From positions 128,001-192,000 of the forward strand of contig CAWJZV010000015.1 of the NCBI GenBank assembly GCA_963847445.1: 64,000 nt of DNA, given 5' to 3'. Positions 45,949 through 55,970 of the stretch are shown here, one piece after another. Position 1 is the first letter of the stretch, and the number at the start of each line of letters is the position of its first letter. The notes under the pieces were generated by a model that worked only from the letters and a program-made list of their open reading frames with translations, did no database searches and was not told the origin of the DNA. A program made the position numbers and the translations under genes. The DNA is from an uncultured delta proteobacterium. Its GTDB lineage: Bacteria > Desulfobacterota > Binatia > UBA9968.

Positions 45949-48831
45949 ATGAATGCTGGCAGGGATTATTTTGAGATCGCAGCGGAACTAAAGAAACGGG
46001 TCGAAGGCGATCTTCATTTCGACAAATATTCGCGGCTGCTCTATTCCACCGACGCGTCGATTTATCAGATCGAACCCATCGGTATCGTCGTGCCGCGCCA
46101 TAAAGGTGATGTCCAGGCGGCCATCGAAGTCGCCAAGCGCTTGGGCGTTTCGATCCTGTCGCGCGGCGGCGGCACGTCACTGGCAGGACAAGCCGTCGGT
46201 CACTCGATCGTCTTGGATTTTTCCAAGTACATGCAGAACGTGTTGGAAGTGAATCAAGAAGAGCTGTGGTGCCGCGTCCAACCGGGGCTGGTGCAGGACG
46301 AACTCAATGCCTACGTGCGCGGGCAGGGGTTGCAGTTCGGTCCGGACACCTCGACGTCCAATCGCGCCACCATCGGCGGCATGGTCGGCAACAATTCTTC
46401 CGGCGCTCATTCGCTCACCTATGGCAAGACGCTCGACCATGTCATCGAGCTGACCGTGCTATTAGCCGACGGTTCGGAAGTGATCTTGAAGGATCTGGCG
46501 CCGGCAGAGATGGAGCGTAAGAGCAAAGTCAACAGTGTCGAGGGGCGCGCCTATCGCGAAGTGTTTCGTCTGGCGCAGCAGCACAAGAGCGAAATCGTCG
46601 CGCGCTACCCGAAAATCATGCGGCGGGTGTCCGGTTATAATCTCGATGAGTTCGTCAAGCCGCAGCCGTTCAACCTGGCGCGCATGATCGTCGGCTCGGA
46701 GGGAACCTTGGCGACCATCGTCGAGGCCAAGATGCGCCTCGTGCCCAAACCCAAGTGGACCGCCATGGACGTGATCCACTTCAACGACGACATCGAAGCG
46801 CTGGAGTGCGCCCAGATCGTTTTGACCACCAAGCCCTATGCCATGGAGTCGACCGACAAGATGATCTTGAATCTCGCCCGCGGCAACATCGAGCAGTCGC
46901 GCAAGCTGGGCTTCGTCCAAGGCACGCCGGATTCGCTCTTGATGGTCGAGTATGCCGGCGAAACCGAGGCCGAGGTGCGGGCTCAAGTCGAGAAGCTTGA
47001 AGAGCTGCGCAAGCGCGAAAAGATCGGTTACGCGGCGACCCTGGCGTTCAAGCCTGAAGAAGTGAAGTCGATTTGGGGTGTGCGCAAAGCCGGATTGGGC
47101 TTGCTGCTTGGCATGAAGGGCGACAAGAAGCCCATCGCCTTCGTCGAGGATACCGCGGTGTCGCCGGAGAAGCTGCCGGAGTTCATCAAGCGTTTTCGCG
47201 AGATCGTCACGCGCCACGATACCGTGGCGGGTTACTACGGCCATTGTTCCGTCGGCTGCATGCATATTCGCCCGTTAATCAATCTAAAAGAAAACGGCGA
47301 AAAGCAAAAGATGGTGTCCATCGCCAACGCGATCTCCGACTTGGTGCTTGAATTCAACGGCGCCATGTCCGGCGAGCATGGCGACGGCTTGGCGCGCAGC
47401 CACTTCAACGCCAAGCTATTTGGCCCGGCGCTTTACGACGGTTTTCGCCAGATCAAGCGCGCTTTCGATCCAAATAATTTGTTCAACCCCGGCAAAATCG
47501 TCGACGCTCCGGCGATGACGGAGTCGCTGAAGATCAGCCCGCAGTACAAAACCTGGGAGCCGCAGACGACGCTGGATTTCACCGAACAGGGTGGCTTTGC
47601 GCGCGCCGTCGAGATGTGCAGCGGCATGGGTGAGTGCCGCAAAAAGCTCGACGGCACTATGTGTCCGTCGTACATGGGAACACTGGACGAAGAACACTCG
47701 ACCCGCGGCCGGGCCAATGCGCTGCGAAACGTAATTGCAGGCTTAGTGCCGAAAACCGAATTCACCGGCAAGCGTTTGTATGACGTGATGGATCTCTGCC
47801 TGGAGTGCAAAGCGTGCAAGGCCGAATGTCCGTCCAACGTCGACATGGCGAAATTGAAATACGAGTTCCTCGACCACTATCACCGCGCCAACGGTTTGCC
47901 GCTGCGCAATCGGATCTTCGGCGCCATCGCCAGTCTCAATCGCATCGGCTCGGCACTGGCTCCGGTCTCCAATTGGCTTGCGAACTCGACGCCGAACCGC
48001 TGGTTGATGGATATCTTCGGCGGTATCGACCGGCGCCGCCCGTTGCCGCAGTTCGCCAGCGAGAGCTTCGAAGATTGGTTTCGAGTTCACAAGCCGGAAG
48101 GCGACGGCTCGCAGGGCGAAGTGGTTTTGTTCCACGACACCTTCAACAATTACAACACGCCTAACGTCGCCATCGCCGCAACGCGCTTTTTGGAAAAATC
48201 CAGTTATCGAGTTCTTCTCGTCGACAAGAAGTGTTGCGGCCGGCCGATGATCTCCAAAGGCATGCTCGGCCAAGCCAAGGAAAACGCCGCTTGGAACGTC
48301 GCCAAGCTCGCGCCCTACGCGGAGAAGGGCACGCCGATCGTCGGCCTGGAGCCGTCCTGTCTATTGACATTGCGCGATGAATATCCCGAGTTCGTCCGCA
48401 CCGAAGCGGCGAAGCAAGTCGCGCAGCATAGTTTCTTGCTCGAAGAGTTCGTCATGCGCGAAGTCAATGCCGGCAGACTCTCACTGGGCGCCTATGGCAA
48501 AGGAAAAAAAGTTCTGCTGCACGGCCACTGCCATCAAAAAGCCTTAGTTGGCACGGCGCCGACCGTCGCCATGCTCAAGGCCGCCGGCTACGAAGTCAGC
48601 GAAGTCGACTCCGGCTGCTGCGGCATGGCTGGCTCCTTTGGTTTCGAAAAAGAGCACTACGATCTGTCGATCAAGATCGGCAACCGGCGCTTGGCACCGG
48701 CGGTCAAGGCTGCATCAGCAGAAGTCGAAGTCGCCGCACCGGGAATTTCCTGCCGGCAGCAGATCGATCACTTGGCGCAACGGCAGGCGAAGCATCCGGC
48801 CGAACTGCTTTGGGACAGTATCAAGAATTAG
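45949..48831 (+). CDS. FAD-linked oxidase / Fe-S / CCG fusion (GlcD-GlcF-like, YdiJ-like)
   Basis: RGGGTSLAGQ, GSEGTL, GEHGDG, CLECKACKAECP, CCG motifs. Confidence 0.92.
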   Translation: MNAGRDYFEIAAELKKRVEGDLHFDKYSRLLYSTDASIYQIEPIGIVVPRHKGDVQAAIEVAKRLGVSILSRGGGTSLAGQAVGHSIVLDFSKYMQNVLEVNQEELWCRVQPGLVQDELNAYVRGQGLQFGPDTSTSNRATIGGMVGNNSSGAHSLTYGKTLDHVIELTVLLADGSEVILKDLAPAEMERKSKVNSVEGRAYREVFRLAQQHKSEIVARYPKIMRRVSGYNLDEFVKPQPFNLARMIVGSEGTLATIVEAKMRLVPKPKWTAMDVIHFNDDIEALECAQIVLTTKPYAMESTDKMILNLARGNIEQSRKLGFVQGTPDSLLMVEYAGETEAEVRAQVEKLEELRKREKIGYAATLAFKPEEVKSIWGVRKAGLGLLLGMKGDKKPIAFVEDTAVSPEKLPEFIKRFREIVTRHDTVAGYYGHCSVGCMHIRPLINLKENGEKQKMVSIANAISDLVLEFNGAMSGEHGDGLARSHFNAKLFGPALYDGFRQIKRAFDPNNLFNPGKIVDAPAMTESLKISPQYKTWEPQTTLDFTEQGGFARAVEMCSGMGECRKKLDGTMCPSYMGTLDEEHSTRGRANALRNVIAGLVPKTEFTGKRLYDVMDLCLECKACKAECPSNVDMAKLKYEFLDHYHRANGLPLRNRIFGAIASLNRIGSALAPVSNWLANSTPNRWLMDIFGGIDRRRPLPQFASESFEDWFRVHKPEGDGSQGEVVLFHDTFNNYNTPNVAIAATRFLEKSSYRVLLVDKKCCGRPMISKGMLGQAKENAAWNVAKLAPYAEKGTPIVGLEPSCLLTLRDEYPEFVRTEAAKQVAQHSFLLEEFVMREVNAGRLSLGAYGKGKKVLLHGHCHQKALVGTAPTVAMLKAAGYEVSEVDSGCCGMAGSFGFEKEHYDLSIKIGNRRLAPAVKAASAEVEVAAPGISCRQQIDHLAQRQAKHPAELLWDSIKN

Positions 48832-48847
48832 CATCGAGGCTGTCTTT

Positions 48848-49760
48848 ATGGACACACTTCGAGTCATCGGTTACTACCCGCTGCCGCCATTTGTTGTCGC
48901 GCAAGAAAAGGGCTTCTTCGCGCAGGAGGGGCTTAAGATCGATTTCACGATCGCGACCTTGGCGCCGGAGCACAACAAGGGCATGCGTCGAGGGACGATG
49001 GGACATCAGTTTGACTAGCCCCGACACCATGGTTGCCCGGGTGACCCGGGATGGTCATGACTTTCTTTTGTATCTGATGGCTGAGCGCGGGCTTGAAGTG
49101 AAACTGATCGGTGCCAAGGGGATCACGGCGCCGGCGCAACTGCGCGGCGAAACCTTGGCCGGCGACCCTGGCGATTCCAACTACGATTTGCATCGGCGCA
49201 AGATCTTGCGCGCCCATGGCGTGGGTGAGTCTGATTACGCAGTGAAGATCATCGGTACTTCGCCGTTTCGTTTCGAAGCGCTACGTAGAGGCGAAGTCGC
49301 GGCCTGCATGTTGGCGCCGCCGTACGATGGCCAAGCTTTGAGCGAGGGATTCAATCTGTTGGCGAGCGGCGCCGAGTACATTCCCAACTACGCGACGACC
49401 GCTTGTTGGGCTAGGTCCGCGTGGGTAGATGCTCATCGTGACAAGATGTTGCGCTTTGTCCGCGCTTTCGTCGCCGGGGCGGATTGGGTGCTCGATCCGG
49501 CAAACCGCGAAGAAGCGCTGCGCTTGTTGGCGGCCTATTCAAAGATTACGCGCGCACAGGCGGTAACCAAGCTCACCCAAGTAACGGCGAAAGCGGCGAT
49601 TGTGCCGCAGGACTTGAACCGGGTGATTCAGTTGCGCATAGAAATGGGTTATTACGATCCACCACATGAACCCGTGGAACGTTTTTACGACGCCAGCGTT
49701 TGGTGCGACGCGACTGGACTGCCGCCACCTAAACCGTTTGGTTTGCCACGGCTTATCTAG
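48848..49760 (+). CDS. NMT1/THI5-like solute-binding-fold protein, no signal peptide; frameshift near 48990
   Basis: PFVVAQEKGFFAQEGL, LRG, RFEALRRGEV, RFVRA. Confidence 0.75.
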
Positions 49761-49844
49761 CGCCGAGTTACTTTCGCACCTCACGAGGAGCGGCAACTCG
49801 CGGGGCCATTGATCAGACCCCACAATCGAAATGTAGGCACTTGC

Positions 49845-50699
49845 CTACAGCACCCCCCGTCCGGCAAACGTATCGCACTGCTTCAAGTCGCCGGTTTCAA
49901 TTCCTTTGCGGAACCAGCGGACGCGTTGTTCGGCACTGCCATGGGTGAAGCCCTCGGGAACGATGTGGCCTTGGGAGCGTTTCTGCATGTTGTCGTCGCC
50001 AATTTGCGCCGCGGCATTGAGGCCTTCTTCGATATCGCCTGGTTCGAGGATTTTGCGCTCGCGGTTGGCAAAATTGGCCCAGATGCCGGCTAGACAATCG
50101 GCTTGCAGTTCGAGACCGACCGACAGCGCGTTGGCTTCGCGTTCGCCTGCACGCTGCTGGCGCGCTTGCACTTTGCCCATGATGCCAAGCAAATTCTGCA
50201 CATGGTGGCCGACTTCATGAGCGACGACATAGGCCTGGGCAAAGTCGCCGGGCGCTTTGAAGCGGTCGCGCAGTTCGCGATAGAACGATAAATCGATGTA
50301 GACCTTGTGGTCGTTGGGACAATAAAACGGCCCCACAGCGGCTTGCGCAAAACCGCAGGCGGACTGAATCTGGCCGGAGAACAGGACCAATTTGGGTTGC
50401 GCGTATTCACGTCCCGCTTTCTGGAATATCTCGCTCCACACGCGTTCGTTACTGCCGAGCACGCGGGAGACAAACTCACGCCCCTCGTCACGGCCGGTTT
50501 GCTGTGCTTGCGGAATCGGCTCGTTGGAAATGCTCGATTGCGGATCGCCCTGAAGAATCGCGCTGGGATCGATGCCGAAAAACATCGCAATCAGCACGAG
50601 CACAATGGTGCCCAGGCCACCGCCCACCGCGCCGCGTGTGACACGCGAACCGCGCCGATCTTCAACGTTCTGACTTTCAGGTTCGTTGTCGAGCCGCAT
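49845..50699 (-). CDS. ypfJ: Neutral zinc metallopeptidase (YpfJ family)
   Basis: SQNVEDRR, GPFYCP, HEVGH, ELQADC, FTHGS. Confidence 0.92.
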   Translation of the reverse strand: MRLDNEPESQNVEDRRGSRVTRGAVGGGLGTIVLVLIAMFFGIDPSAILQGDPQSSISNEPIPQAQQTGRDEGREFVSRVLGSNERVWSEIFQKAGREYAQPKLVLFSGQIQSACGFAQAAVGPFYCPNDHKVYIDLSFYRELRDRFKAPGDFAQAYVVAHEVGHHVQNLLGIMGKVQARQQRAGEREANALSVGLELQADCLAGIWANFANRERKILEPGDIEEGLNAAAQIGDDNMQKRSQGHIVPEGFTHGSAEQRVRWFRKGIETGDLKQCDTFAGRGVL

Positions 50700-50767
50700 A
50701 GAGCCTCCTTGCCTGATGCCGTAACGAATCGCTGGGTCGATTGGTTCTTGAATATGACTTCGCCCCA

Positions 50768-50808
50768 TAAAAAACAACCCCGCCGCGTTGCCGCGAGCGG
50801 GGTCGTTG
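50768..50808 (-). terminator. Intrinsic terminator after comEA-like gene
   Basis: Minus strand GACCCCGC..CGCGGCAACGCG..GCGGGGTT followed by GTTTTTT. Confidence 0.7.
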
Positions 50809-50831
50809 ACATTCAGAGTTAACGCTAACGG

Positions 50832-51335
50832 TTACTTTTTGGTTTTGCTATCTTCCACGGGCTTAGCAGGGGTCGTGGTCGTGGACTTGTCGTCCTTCAT
50901 GGCTCCGGCCTTGGTATCCTTGGCGGCCGGCTCGGCTTTTTTGGGAACGACGGTATTCCCTGATACCGCAATATTTGCGCGGATCTGCTTCATCGCGCCG
51001 GGACCTATGCCCTTGACTTTTTCCAGGTCGTCGACGCTTTTGAAGTCGCCGTTCTTCTTGCGGTAGTCGATGATATCCTGGGCCCTGGTGTCGCCGATCC
51101 CCTTCAGAGCTTTCAGTTCTTCTTTAGACGCGGTGTTGATATTGACCATCAGGCCACCGGCTTTGGGTGCCGCCGCACTTTTGGTTTCGGCGGTAGTGGC
51201 CGCTTTCGTATCGCCCGCTGGCTTGGTCGCCGCCGGTGCTTTCTTGTCCTCCATCGCCTTGTCTGCCGCGCTCGCGATGGCAGAGACACCCGCCGCCGCA
51301 AACCACAATGCCCCCAGTAATGCTAGTCTTTTCAT
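50832..51335 (-). CDS. Secreted ComEA-like helix-hairpin-helix DNA-binding protein
   Basis: Signal peptide; VNINTAS..LKGIG..IIDYR..VKGIG; Ala/Lys/Pro-rich flanks. Confidence 0.88.
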   Translation of the reverse strand: MKRLALLGALWFAAAGVSAIASAADKAMEDKKAPAATKPAGDTKAATTAETKSAAAPKAGGLMVNINTASKEELKALKGIGDTRAQDIIDYRKKNGDFKSVDDLEKVKGIGPGAMKQIRANIAVSGNTVVPKKAEPAAKDTKAGAMKDDKSTTTTPAKPVEDSKTKK

Positions 51336-51513
51336 CGGTTCCTCCTAGATTTTTTTACAGCCAATTCGTTGACTACCCATTTAGACGCCGCTTGGACAAT
51401 TTAATTCATCGAGCGGTCCTGCTGCCGGGCAGCTGGCCTTGCTTGGACCGGGTATTAGCCGAGAGCGCTGGCTCAAGTCAAGGAAATTCATCCGGCGCGC
51501 GGCCATCGCCGAA

Positions 51514-51963
51514 TTAGCCGAGCGAGATCTCCGGCAGGTCTGCGCGCCACCCCGGTTGATCTTGAGTCAACAACCAGAACGGTTTGCCGTCCTCCTGCCA
51601 GCTGGCCGCCACGCCTTCCAACAGTTCGAGCGCCAAATCAAAATCGGCTTGGTATTTCGCCACGAAGGGTTTGCAATTGGTTAAGATTAACACCCAGCCG
51701 GTGCCGTCGAGCCAAGCGAGATCGGTCAAGCAATCGTTGAGCGCGTCCCAGTTCTTGCCGAAGTGCTGAGGGAATTTGAGAGGTTTCGAAAACGCGTCGA
51801 ATAGACCGCTTTTGCCGCGCGCCTTGGCAAGGTCGATCTTAAACACTTGCAATCCGGCGGTCCTGGCGGCGGCGACGAACTCGTCCGAGTCGATGGCTGT
51901 CCGAAAGACGCCGGCGCGTTTACTGTCTGGCAGTAGATTGAGCAGGGAGTCCATGGGGTTCAT
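51514..51963 (-). CDS. Barstar-family RNase inhibitor
   Basis: LKFPQHFGKNWDALNDCLTDL; overlaps the RNase stop. Confidence 0.9.
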   Translation of the reverse strand: MNPMDSLLNLLPDSKRAGVFRTAIDSDEFVAAARTAGLQVFKIDLAKARGKSGLFDAFSKPLKFPQHFGKNWDALNDCLTDLAWLDGTGWVLILTNCKPFVAKYQADFDLALELLEGVAASWQEDGKPFWLLTQDQPGWRADLPEISLG

Positions 51964-52355
51964 TCCAAAATGCGTCGAAAGGTTTGGTAGTGATCGTCGG
52001 TGAAATAAAACTCCCCCTTGCGTCCGGCGACGATCCGGCGCGCGCCCCGGTCGCGCGCGCCGGGTGTCGGTACGGTGTATTCTTTGTAGTAGCCGCGCTC
52101 CTTTTGCGGCAGCCGGCGCTCGAAATTGCCGAACGTCGCGCCGTCCCGTTGGTATGGGAATGGCCCGTCTTTCTTTATCAGGCTCAGAGTCTTGTGCGCT
52201 TCTCTGGGTAGCTCGTCGAGGCCGACTTGGTCGGCTTGGCGAGCGCTCGGTTCGCGCGCACAACTTGCCCCGCCGCCAACAAGTAGAGCCAAAGCGAGCG
52301 CGAGGACATAAAGAGTCAGTGCCGGTCGGTAGCGCCGGCAAATTGGTAAGCGCAT
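51960..52355 (-). CDS. Secreted guanyl-specific ribonuclease (RNase Sa/barnase family)
   Basis: Hydrophobic leader; GPFPY..DGATFGNFE, YYKEYTV, RGARRIV, YFTDDHY. Confidence 0.92.
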   Translation of the reverse strand: MRLPICRRYRPALTLYVLALALALLVGGGASCAREPSARQADQVGLDELPREAHKTLSLIKKDGPFPYQRDGATFGNFERRLPQKERGYYKEYTVPTPGARDRGARRIVAGRKGEFYFTDDHYQTFRRILE

Positions 52356-52471
52356 CACGGGTGTAGGCAAGGTTTCGCTTTGAATCCCAGTTTTTCTTTT
52401 CCCGGCATGATCGATTTGGCGATCACGCCGACGATAAATCCGGCGATAACGGCGCCGATGAGTCCGAACAT
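52355..52471 (-). pseudogene. Truncated GlsB/YeaQ/YmgE (transglycosylase-associated) gene
   Basis: MFGLIGAVIAGFIVGVIAKSIMPGK; ends after 38 aa; SD GGAGG present. Confidence 0.6.
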
Positions 52472-52620
52472 CGATTGCCTCCGTGAAGCCCTATGTCTAT
52501 GGGCTATTAGCTGCCAGTGGCGTTCGCTGTCAACGTTTGCTGATTTGGACTGAATCGCCAGCCGCTTCATTCAATCGCTGCGGATTAATTCCCCGTAGCT
52601 TGCCGCGCTGTGATTCCGAC

Positions 52621-52698
52621 GTAGGATGGGTGGAGCGTGAGCGATACCCATCATTCCGAACGGTGGGTATCGGCGCGTCGCGCCTCCACCCACCCTAC
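52621..52698. repeat. GTAG-family REP doublet (REPIN-like)
   Basis: GTAGGATGGGTGGAGCG..CGATACCCATC / GGTGGGTATCG..CTCCACCCACCCTAC inverted pair. Confidence 0.85.
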
Positions 52699-52894
52699 AA
52701 CTACTACGCCCGAAGTGGGTTTACTTTGATATCCGGCTGCTTGCGGTGGGGTTCCTCATTCCATCGATCGGTAAGCTCGATGGCAAGCCCCGCGCGCGGC
52801 GGTTACAGCCGGCAATCGAGCTGATTTAGTTTATTTGTCCGCCGCGCTGGGATAAACATTATTAGCATTCGCCGCGTTGCGGCCCGGGAAGACA

Positions 52895-53393
52895 ATGGAG
52901 CAGGCAAGATCGATAGTGAGGCTGTGGGCTGAGCGCCATCGGCAGGCAGTGCTGTATGACGATGACAGCGCGGTTCTACTGGATGTCGCTTCGGGCAAGC
53001 GGCTTAAGATCGCGTGGCCGGCGCTGTCCAGCTACGAAGAGAAGGTTCATCCTGAGACTCAGGAGGCTTATATTGTCATGCTCTTCGACGATGGCACGCA
53101 GCTCGCCTTGGTCGACCCCGGCGGGGTTGCCTTTGCGCCGTCGACGGTGAACTCCGGCGCGGTGGAGAATCTGCCGGCGGTGGTGTGTTTGCGCGATCTG
53201 CTCATGCTCAAGCAACGGGTCGACCATTATGCTCTACGATCATCCCGACGAACCGCCGCCGCGGGAATGCCTGAATCTCATCATGATCTGCATCGCGATC
53301 TTGGACGGCGCCCGGGCGGTGGGATTCGATGTCGGCGATCTCGAAGGCGAGTTGGAGAAGTCGCTCGATGAGGTCGAGCGACGAACGGCGTAG
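52895..53393 (+). CDS. Hypothetical protein; frameshift near 53230
   Basis: Coding-like codon usage; continues as ECLNLIMICIAILDGARAVGFDVGDLE in a shifted frame. Confidence 0.6.
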
Positions 53394-53400
53394 ATGAGGC

Positions 53401-53438
53401 GGAATGGAGTGATGGAGTACTGGAGTTATGGGTTCGGA
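53401..53438. repeat. 8-bp-unit repeat, copy 3 (one arm only)
   Basis: ggaatggagtgatggagtactggagttatgggttcgga. Confidence 0.7.
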
Positions 53439-53474
53439 TCGGCATCGGCCGAGGATCGATAGATCGTGAGTGGC

Positions 53475-54723
53475 ATGGGAAAACTAATCGAATTGTGTTG
53501 TCCGAAATGTCACAGCGTCGCGGCATCGAAGACGGAGTTTCGTTGCCCGGCGTGTCGCTTGGTGCGCGAAGCAGTGGTTGCTATCGATCACCTCAGTCGA
53601 GATGATTTCGCGCGCTTGCGGCAGAGCCGCGACCTGTCGATCTGGCGCTGGTTCGACTTTTTTCCGGTGGAAAATCATTCCTCGATTGTTTCCTTGGGCG
53701 AAGGCAGCACACCGCTGATTCCTGCCAATCGGCTCGGCGAAAAGCTCGGCATCGCCAATTTATATTTGAAAAACGACACCGTGCTGCCGACCGGTTCGCT
53801 CAAGGATCGCAGCAACAGCGTTGGTCTGTCGGTGGGTAAGGAACTCGGATTCGCCACCGCCAGTGTGATCTCGACGGGCAACGCCGCCGCGTCGGTGGCG
53901 GCCTATGCGGCGGCTGCGGGCATGAATAGCGTCGTCATGGTGCCCAAGGGCACGGCGACTTCCAAGATTATTCAAGCCCATGCTTACGGTGCGACGGTGA
54001 TCGTTGTCGACGGCCGCTTCGATTACGAAGTGGCTGAGCTATACAAAAACGCGGTGATGGAATTCGGCTGGTACGATTGTCTTTCCTCCAATCCCTATCG
54101 GGTTGGCAAGAAGAGTTACGCTTACGAACTGGTCGACCAATTGGATGGCATGCCTGCGGACTGGGTGATTCATCCGACCGCCGGCGGCACGGGGCTGGTT
54201 TGCATGTGGCAGGGTTTCAAAGAATTTCTGGCGTTAGGTTGGATCGATCGTGCGCCCAAACTGGTGGCGGCGCAAAGCGAGGCGGCGGCGCCGTTCGTCG
54301 CGGCGATGGCTAAAGGGAGTATGACGATTGAGGCCGTGGAGGCCCGTGCGACGGTTGCCGAGAGTATTCAAGTCGGCAATCCCAGCTGCCCTCGGCGATC
54401 GCGCCCTGGCGGCGTTGCGCCAGTCGCAAGGCACGGCGGTGGCGTTGAGCGACGGCGAAATCCTCGAAGCGCAGTCGCAGATCGCCCGACTGGCCGGCAT
54501 CTTCGCCGAGCCGGCGGCGGCGACCTCGGTGGCCGCGGCGAGGAAAATGCGCGCTACAGGAGCGATCCAGCCAGACGATGTCGTGGTGTGCAATCTCACC
54601 GGCCACGGATTGAAACAGCCGGAAGCGATTCGCTTTGCCGCGCAGGAGTTCGCGCCGATCGCGCCGACGCTGGCCGCGTTGCGCGAGCAGTTGCGTAGGT
54701 CCGTCGACGCCCGGCCAACTTGA
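53475..54723 (+). CDS. thrC: Threonine synthase-like PLP enzyme; frameshift near 54385
   Basis: N-terminal CxxC..CxxC, SLGEGSTPL, PTGSLKDR, STGNAA, EPAAA, LTGHGLK. Confidence 0.82.
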
Positions 54724-54805
54724 CAGCAACCTACGACCTGCAATAACTTCCGCTCAAACCATTGACCACGGGGTAAATCACTCAGCTCCGCTTGGAGGTG
54801 TGCGC

Positions 54806-55783
54806 ATGACTCAATCGAATGCTCAAGCAGCAGCGCTGCATATCGCGACCTATTCAGGCTGGTATCGCTTTGCAGCGCGCAACGGCAGCTGGGAGAAGAC
54901 CCATAAGGCGCTGACATTCTGGAAATTGACATCGCTGCAGGTCGACCCGGAAGATGCCGGCCATGTTTATGTCGCCACCGAACATTCCGGATTGTTTGTC
55001 AGCCGCGATGGCGGCGCGCAGTGGCAGCGCCCGAAGCCCAATGTGCCGCGCTTGACGACCAATGCGCTGCTTGCGCTTCCCGGGGCGATCTTAGCCGGTA
55101 CCTGGCCGGCGGCGCTCTATCGCGCGCGCAACGGCAGCGCGTGGCAGGAGCTCGACGGCGTACGCTTGGGAGCGACAGGCGGCAGTTTTCCGCCGAGCCC
55201 TGAGCTGAGCGCGCGGGTGCGTTTTCTCGCCGCGGATAATCAGACCCCACGGCGGCTGTTTGCCGCCATCGAAGTGGGCGGCATGTTGGTGAGCGACGAC
55301 GATGGCGCGCATTGGTCCCAGGTCACGGACGGGCTGGATGATCCGGACGTGCATCAGATTTTGCCCAGCGCACGACATCCGGGGGTGGTGCTCGCTGCTT
55401 GTGGCGAAGGGGTTTATCGCAGCACCGATCGCGGTGAGCATTGGCAAAAAATCACTCCGGCGGGCGCGCGCACGTTTGGCTCCGCGGCGAGCGAAGATGG
55501 CAACGGCAAGCTCTATCTTGGCGTCGCGCTCGATCGGCCTAACACCTGGCTGCGCCAGGAGCGCGCCAATGCCGCGCTGTTTGTCAGCACCGATGGCGGC
55601 GTTGAATGGCAGGCGGCGATCGAAGGCGTGGACGGCGGCATCATGGCCCTGTGTCCCGGCATCGACAGAGACGGCGTCTTCGTCTCGACATCGGAAGGCG
55701 ATGTCCTGCAGTTTAACCAAGCGGGCGCGCGCAAGATCATCAGCGGGCTGCCGGCGATCACCGCATTAGCGTTGGGCGCGTGA
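54806..55783 (+). CDS. BNR/Asp-box beta-propeller protein
   Basis: Repeated SxDGGxxW boxes (SRDGGAQW, SDDDGAHW, STDRGEHW, STDGGVEW). Confidence 0.85.
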   Translation: MTQSNAQAAALHIATYSGWYRFAARNGSWEKTHKALTFWKLTSLQVDPEDAGHVYVATEHSGLFVSRDGGAQWQRPKPNVPRLTTNALLALPGAILAGTWPAALYRARNGSAWQELDGVRLGATGGSFPPSPELSARVRFLAADNQTPRRLFAAIEVGGMLVSDDDGAHWSQVTDGLDDPDVHQILPSARHPGVVLAACGEGVYRSTDRGEHWQKITPAGARTFGSAASEDGNGKLYLGVALDRPNTWLRQERANAALFVSTDGGVEWQAAIEGVDGGIMALCPGIDRDGVFVSTSEGDVLQFNQAGARKIISGLPAITALALGA

Positions 55784-55828
55784 AGTCACGTAAGTTTCCG
55801 CGGCGATCCTTCGCCGGCATTATGATCT

Positions 55829-55930
55829 GTCATGCCGGCGCAGGCCGGAATCCAGGGTGGTGAGGGACCGTATCCGTGATACCGTTGCGGATGGGGGATG
55901 GATCGCTCAGCGGTTTTCACCCGGGATGAC
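55829..55930. repeat. GTCAT-type REP palindrome (degenerate)
   Basis: GTCATGCCGGCGCAGGCCGGAATCCAGG...CCGGGATGAC. Confidence 0.65.
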
Positions 55931-55970
55931 GACAAGGCGGGAATTCACGAGTCGACATATTTGGCGCTAA

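Noticed and set aside
46462-47265. Long antisense ORFs (this one, 24361-25125, 5467-6069 and similar)
   Set aside because: They are shadow ORFs of high-GC codon usage opposite clear genes.
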